A stretch of 64,000 nucleotides of DNA from Piromyces finnis finn (Eukaryota; Fungi; Neocallimastigomycota): the NCBI GenBank assembly GCA_002104945.1, contig MCFH01000015.1, positions 1-64,000 on the forward strand, read 5' to 3'. This document shows, one piece after another, positions 59,494 through 64,000 of this stretch. A model generated the notes under the pieces. That model saw only the letters and a list, made by a program, of their open reading frames with translations, did not search any database and was not told the origin of the DNA. Position numbers and translations under genes: made by a program. Each line of letters begins with the position of its first letter. Positions within the stretch are counted from its first letter, which is position 1.

Positions 59494-62400
59494 ATGAAGC
59501 AATTATCAACTTCAATGGATAATATTCATGTGGCCATTAGAATAAGGCCATTACCACAGGAAAATGATACTTCAGTATGGTCAGTAAAGGGAAATGTTAT
59601 ATCTCCAACTATTGACTCAAAAGTAATATCAAGTTCTTCATATTGTGTTGGTAAGAAATATATTAAAAATTCTTTTATTAAAAATTAAACTAAAAATTGA
59701 AGAATAAAATTATTTACATATTATTAAATGTTTCTATATATAATAACATATAATAAAATAAAGATAAAATATTTAATGTTGATTCAAATACAGAAGATGT
59801 ATACAATTCTTTCATAAGACATATAATTTGTTCGACTATGGATGGTTTCAATGGTTAATAAGAATAATTTTTTATATAATATTAAAATGTATTGTAGATG
59901 TAATAAAATAATTGAATTATTTAATTATAAATAATTATAATATAAAGGTACTGTTTTTGCATATGGTCAGACATCATCCGGAAAAACTCATACAATGCAT
60001 GGAGATAGAAATGACCCTGGAATTATACCTCGCGCTATTCATGATATTTTTCACATAATTCAAAATGTAATGAAAAAATATATAAATTTGATGGATTTTA
60101 CTTAAATTATTAAATATATATACAAATTCATATATATATATATATATACATTTATTTATAATAAACAATCAAGACCCCTGATAGAGAATATTTATTAAGA
60201 GTTTCATATTTAGAAATATATAATGAAAAAATTAAGGATTTATTAAATCCATCACATGAAAATTTGAAAATTCATATGAAAAATGTAAGAATTTTTATAG
60301 TAAATGTTGTAAAAAAATAAAAAAAATAATAATAAAAAAAAAAGTAGAATTTTATCTAATAATAACAAATGCAAAGAATGAATTTTACGTTGATAATTTA
60401 ACAGAAGATATTGTTTTAAATCCTGAAGAAGTTGCAAATCTATTGAAAAAAGGAGATGGTAAATTAGTAATAAAATTAGTAGATTCATTTAAATTAATAT
60501 AATAAACTAACTTTCCAAAACAATTTTACCAAGATTTTAGACATGTTGGTCAAACAAATATGAATGAACATAGTAGTAGATCACATACAATATTTAGAAT
60601 GGTAAATTTAAATAACTAAAAATTATAATAATAAAATAATTATAAGAATTAAAAATTTATAGCTCATAATACTTTCTTTTTTTTTATTATTGTTATTATT
60701 ATTTGATATATGATAGATTATTGAAAGTAGAGAAAAAAATAGCAATAATGAAACAAATAATAATTCAGCAATTAAAGTTTCACATTTAGTAAGCTTATAA
60801 TTTATACATTTACATTAAAAAACAATAAAAATAGAAAATATTTTAATATAAAAATAAAATCACATTTTATTTTCAGAATTTGGTTGATTTAGCAGGTTCA
60901 GAAAGAGTTTCGCAAATTGGTGGTGATGCCCAACAAGTAAAAGAAGGTGTTCATATCAATTTAAGTTTATTTACATTAGGTGTAGTTATCGCAAAACTTT
61001 CAGAAGGAAATGATAAGTAAATATTGAGAAAAATAAAAAGTATAATATTAATTTATATATATTAATTTATATATATTCAATTATTAAATAAAAAAAAAAA
61101 GTGCACATATACCTTATAGAGATTCAAAATTGACAAGAATATTACAACCATCACTTGGGGGTAATGCAAGAACAGCAATTATTTGTACTATTACACCTTC
61201 GATTGATTACCAAGAAGAAACTCATAGTACATTGAAATTTGCAATAAGAGCTAAAACAATCCAAAATAAACCAGAAGTTAATGAAGTATGTATTTTATAT
61301 TGATATTAAATAATAAATTAATGAATTATTATTAATATAACTAAAAATGACAATTCTTTAAATATATAAAATAGATTGTATCAGATGAAGCATTATTAAA
61401 GAAATATAGAAAGGAAATCAGTTCTCTAAAAAAACAACTTCAAGAAGTAATATTGATATAATTATTAATTACATTAATATTAATAATTAGGATACCTATT
61501 AATTATTAATTATATATTTTTATTTATTAAAAAAAAGATACAAACCCAAGATAGATTAACTGAATTAAGCAAAGTAGATAACTATATATAAATTAATAAT
61601 TTTTTATATAATTAAATTCGATTTTATTTGTACAATTTAAAATTGATTAATAAAAACATAAACCTATAGATTAAAGAGCACAATATTGTAATGATGAAAA
61701 AGTTAGAAGAAAAGGAACAACATGAGGTAATATAGTAATAATAATAATAATAATAATATATAACAAAATAATAGTAAAAAAGGGAAAACTTATTTATATT
61801 TAATAGGCAAAATTAATGGAAAACTTAGAACAATTAAAAGCTATACCAAATGAATACATTAATAAAATTAATGAATTAGAGCAACATAATGAATTAATAT
61901 CTAAGAAACTAGAAGAAAAGGCAGAAAAAGAAGTATTTATTTATTTACTACAACTATATTATAAGAATTGATATTTGATATTTAATCATATATTACAATT
62001 ATTTAAAATAATAAAATAAAAAGGTTAATCATGAATTACATATCAAAAATTTATTCAATGGTATCGAAAATTTATGTGATCCAACTAAATTAGAATTTGT
62101 CCCAGAAGAATTAAATGTAAATGAATTGATTATTATATCGATATATTTAATATAATATTAATTAAAATATTGTATTTATTATTATATCATAGAATGTTAA
62201 AAACTATATAAAACAATTATTAAATACTGTAAGTGATGCTAAATTGATAATAGAACGTTATTCTATTAAATTTGAAAAAGATGAAGATTATTTAAAATTA
62301 GAAAGAAAAGCATTTAATGAGGTATTAAAATATTATAAGGCATTTAATATATATATATTAAATAAAATATATATTTTAAATTAAATATAATAATATTGTT

Positions 62401-64000
62401 ATTTTCTATTTTATTATGAAATAATTGACAAAATAATTATTTTAATAGATTTTTCAAAAGCAATCTAATGAAATTGAAAAATATAAGAATATTGAAGAAA
62501 AGTGTAATTCGATGATAAATATATTAAATAAGAAAGAAGAGGAATACAAAGAAAAAATAGAAAAAATGAATAATGACAATAATATCTTATTAAATAAATT
62601 AAAAGAAACAGAAGGAAATTATTTAAGTCTTATAGAAGAAAATAATTCAAATGAAAATGTCTTACATTTGGTTTCTAAACTAAATAAAGTATTTAATGAT
62701 AATAAAAAAGAAATACAAGAATTGGAAATTAAAGAAGATGTTATTAATAATATTATATTAGCAATTGATAGCTTAAAGAAAATAGTTTCAAACACAAATT
62801 TATATATCACGAATGAAGTTCAAACAGATGAATTATTAGATCCACAATATATTGAAAGGGTAACAAAAATTATATAAATTTTATTTGTATTGAGCAAATA
62901 TAAGAAAAAAATTGTGCCTAAATAGATTAACATTTTTGTTATTGTTATTGTTATTGTTATATAATATATTAAATTAAAGTTGGAAAAGAATGTAGAAACT
63001 ATGACAAATCAAATTACTGAACTCAAAAAAGAAAATAATATATTTAAAGATAGTAAAAAAGAATTTGATACTATTATTAAAGAAAAAGAAGAAACTATTT
63101 ATCAATTAAAAATAAATAATGATGAATTTAAGAAAAAATTGGATCTTTCAAATGATGAAAAATATAAGGTTTGGATTATAAAACTCAAAATATAAATTAT
63201 ATGAAAGTTTATATATATATATATTAAATATCATATTTTAAAACAAAATAATTAATATAGGCCGATAAGGAAATTAATGAACTTAATAAAAAAATAGAAT
63301 CCTTAAAAAGCGATTATAAAACTAAAGATCTATCAATTCAACAATTACAAACTGAAGTTACTAAATTAAATAATGATAAAACAATAGATTCTAATAAAAT
63401 AAATCATTTAGAACAAGAAAATAAAAAAGTAGTTATCAATTATACTAATAATATATTACAATACCAAAAATTAGTATATTCATTAAAAATAAAAATATAT
63501 ATATATATATTTTTTTTAGATTGAAAGTTGTAGTGAAGACCGTCAAAAAACTATTGATAAATTAGCAAAGGAAATTGAAGAAGATAAGAAGAAGATCATT
63601 GAAGTAATTAATACCATTTTAATAATAATATATAATTTATTATAATATAAAATATTAATAAAAAAATATTATTTATAAATATAGTTAAATGATATGATTG
63701 AACAATACAAAAATACAATTGAAGAAAATCAAAATTCACATGAAAAATCAATAGAAACAATGAAAATTGAACATGAAGAAAGAATTGAAGATCTAACATC
63801 TCAATATAAGCAATCTTCGGAAAATGTATCTAAAGTTGAACAACAAGTATTTCAAGTATGTTTAAAAAACTTAAATATCATTTTGTTAAAGAAATAATAA
63901 GCATATGATTAATATTTATTCATTATATTAATATAATAAACCATTAGCTTGAAGAACAAGTTGTTGATTATCAAGAAAAATTCATGGAATTACAAAATGT
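59494..64000 (+). CDS. Kinesin-7 (CENP-E-like) motor with coiled-coil stalk, multi-exon, continues past the window end
   Basis: [10 protein letters not shown]; [17 protein letters not shown] (P-loop); [11 protein letters not shown]; [20 protein letters not shown]; [15 protein letters not shown]; [10 protein letters not shown]; [31 protein letters not shown]; STLKFA. Confidence 0.93.

Overview
Extremely AT-rich, intron-rich eukaryotic DNA with GT-AG introns. The intronless bacterial-type pyruvate formate-lyase, the composition and a centriolar gene point to an anaerobic gut fungus (Neocallimastigomycota). From left to right the window holds: a frameshifted APE-type LINE with a second 5'-truncated copy fused to its poly(A) tail; tRNA-Thr(UGU); PFL; an intronless ankyrin protein; histone H2A ending in SQEY; RNA14/CstF-77; a CCDC57-like coiled-coil gene; prefoldin 2; a RING-PHD (PHRF1/Asr1-like) gene; a YOR1-like ABCC transporter; a KCS1-like inositol phosphate kinase; and a CENP-E-like kinesin that runs off the end. 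The standout is a gene the ORF track misses, at about 47.5-57.3 kb on the minus strand. It has 44 consecutive symmetric phase-2 exons (43 of 72 nt, one of 144 nt) encoding 45 plant-type 24-aa LRRs. These appear to splice onto the 669-aa ORF, whose apparent stop codon lies inside a GTAAAT donor. That N-terminal part resembles a catalytically dead IFI44-like P-loop domain followed by a degenerate vWA domain. It is a candidate exon-modular intracellular immune or recognition receptor. Family assignments are from motif recognition by eye; no database searches were run.
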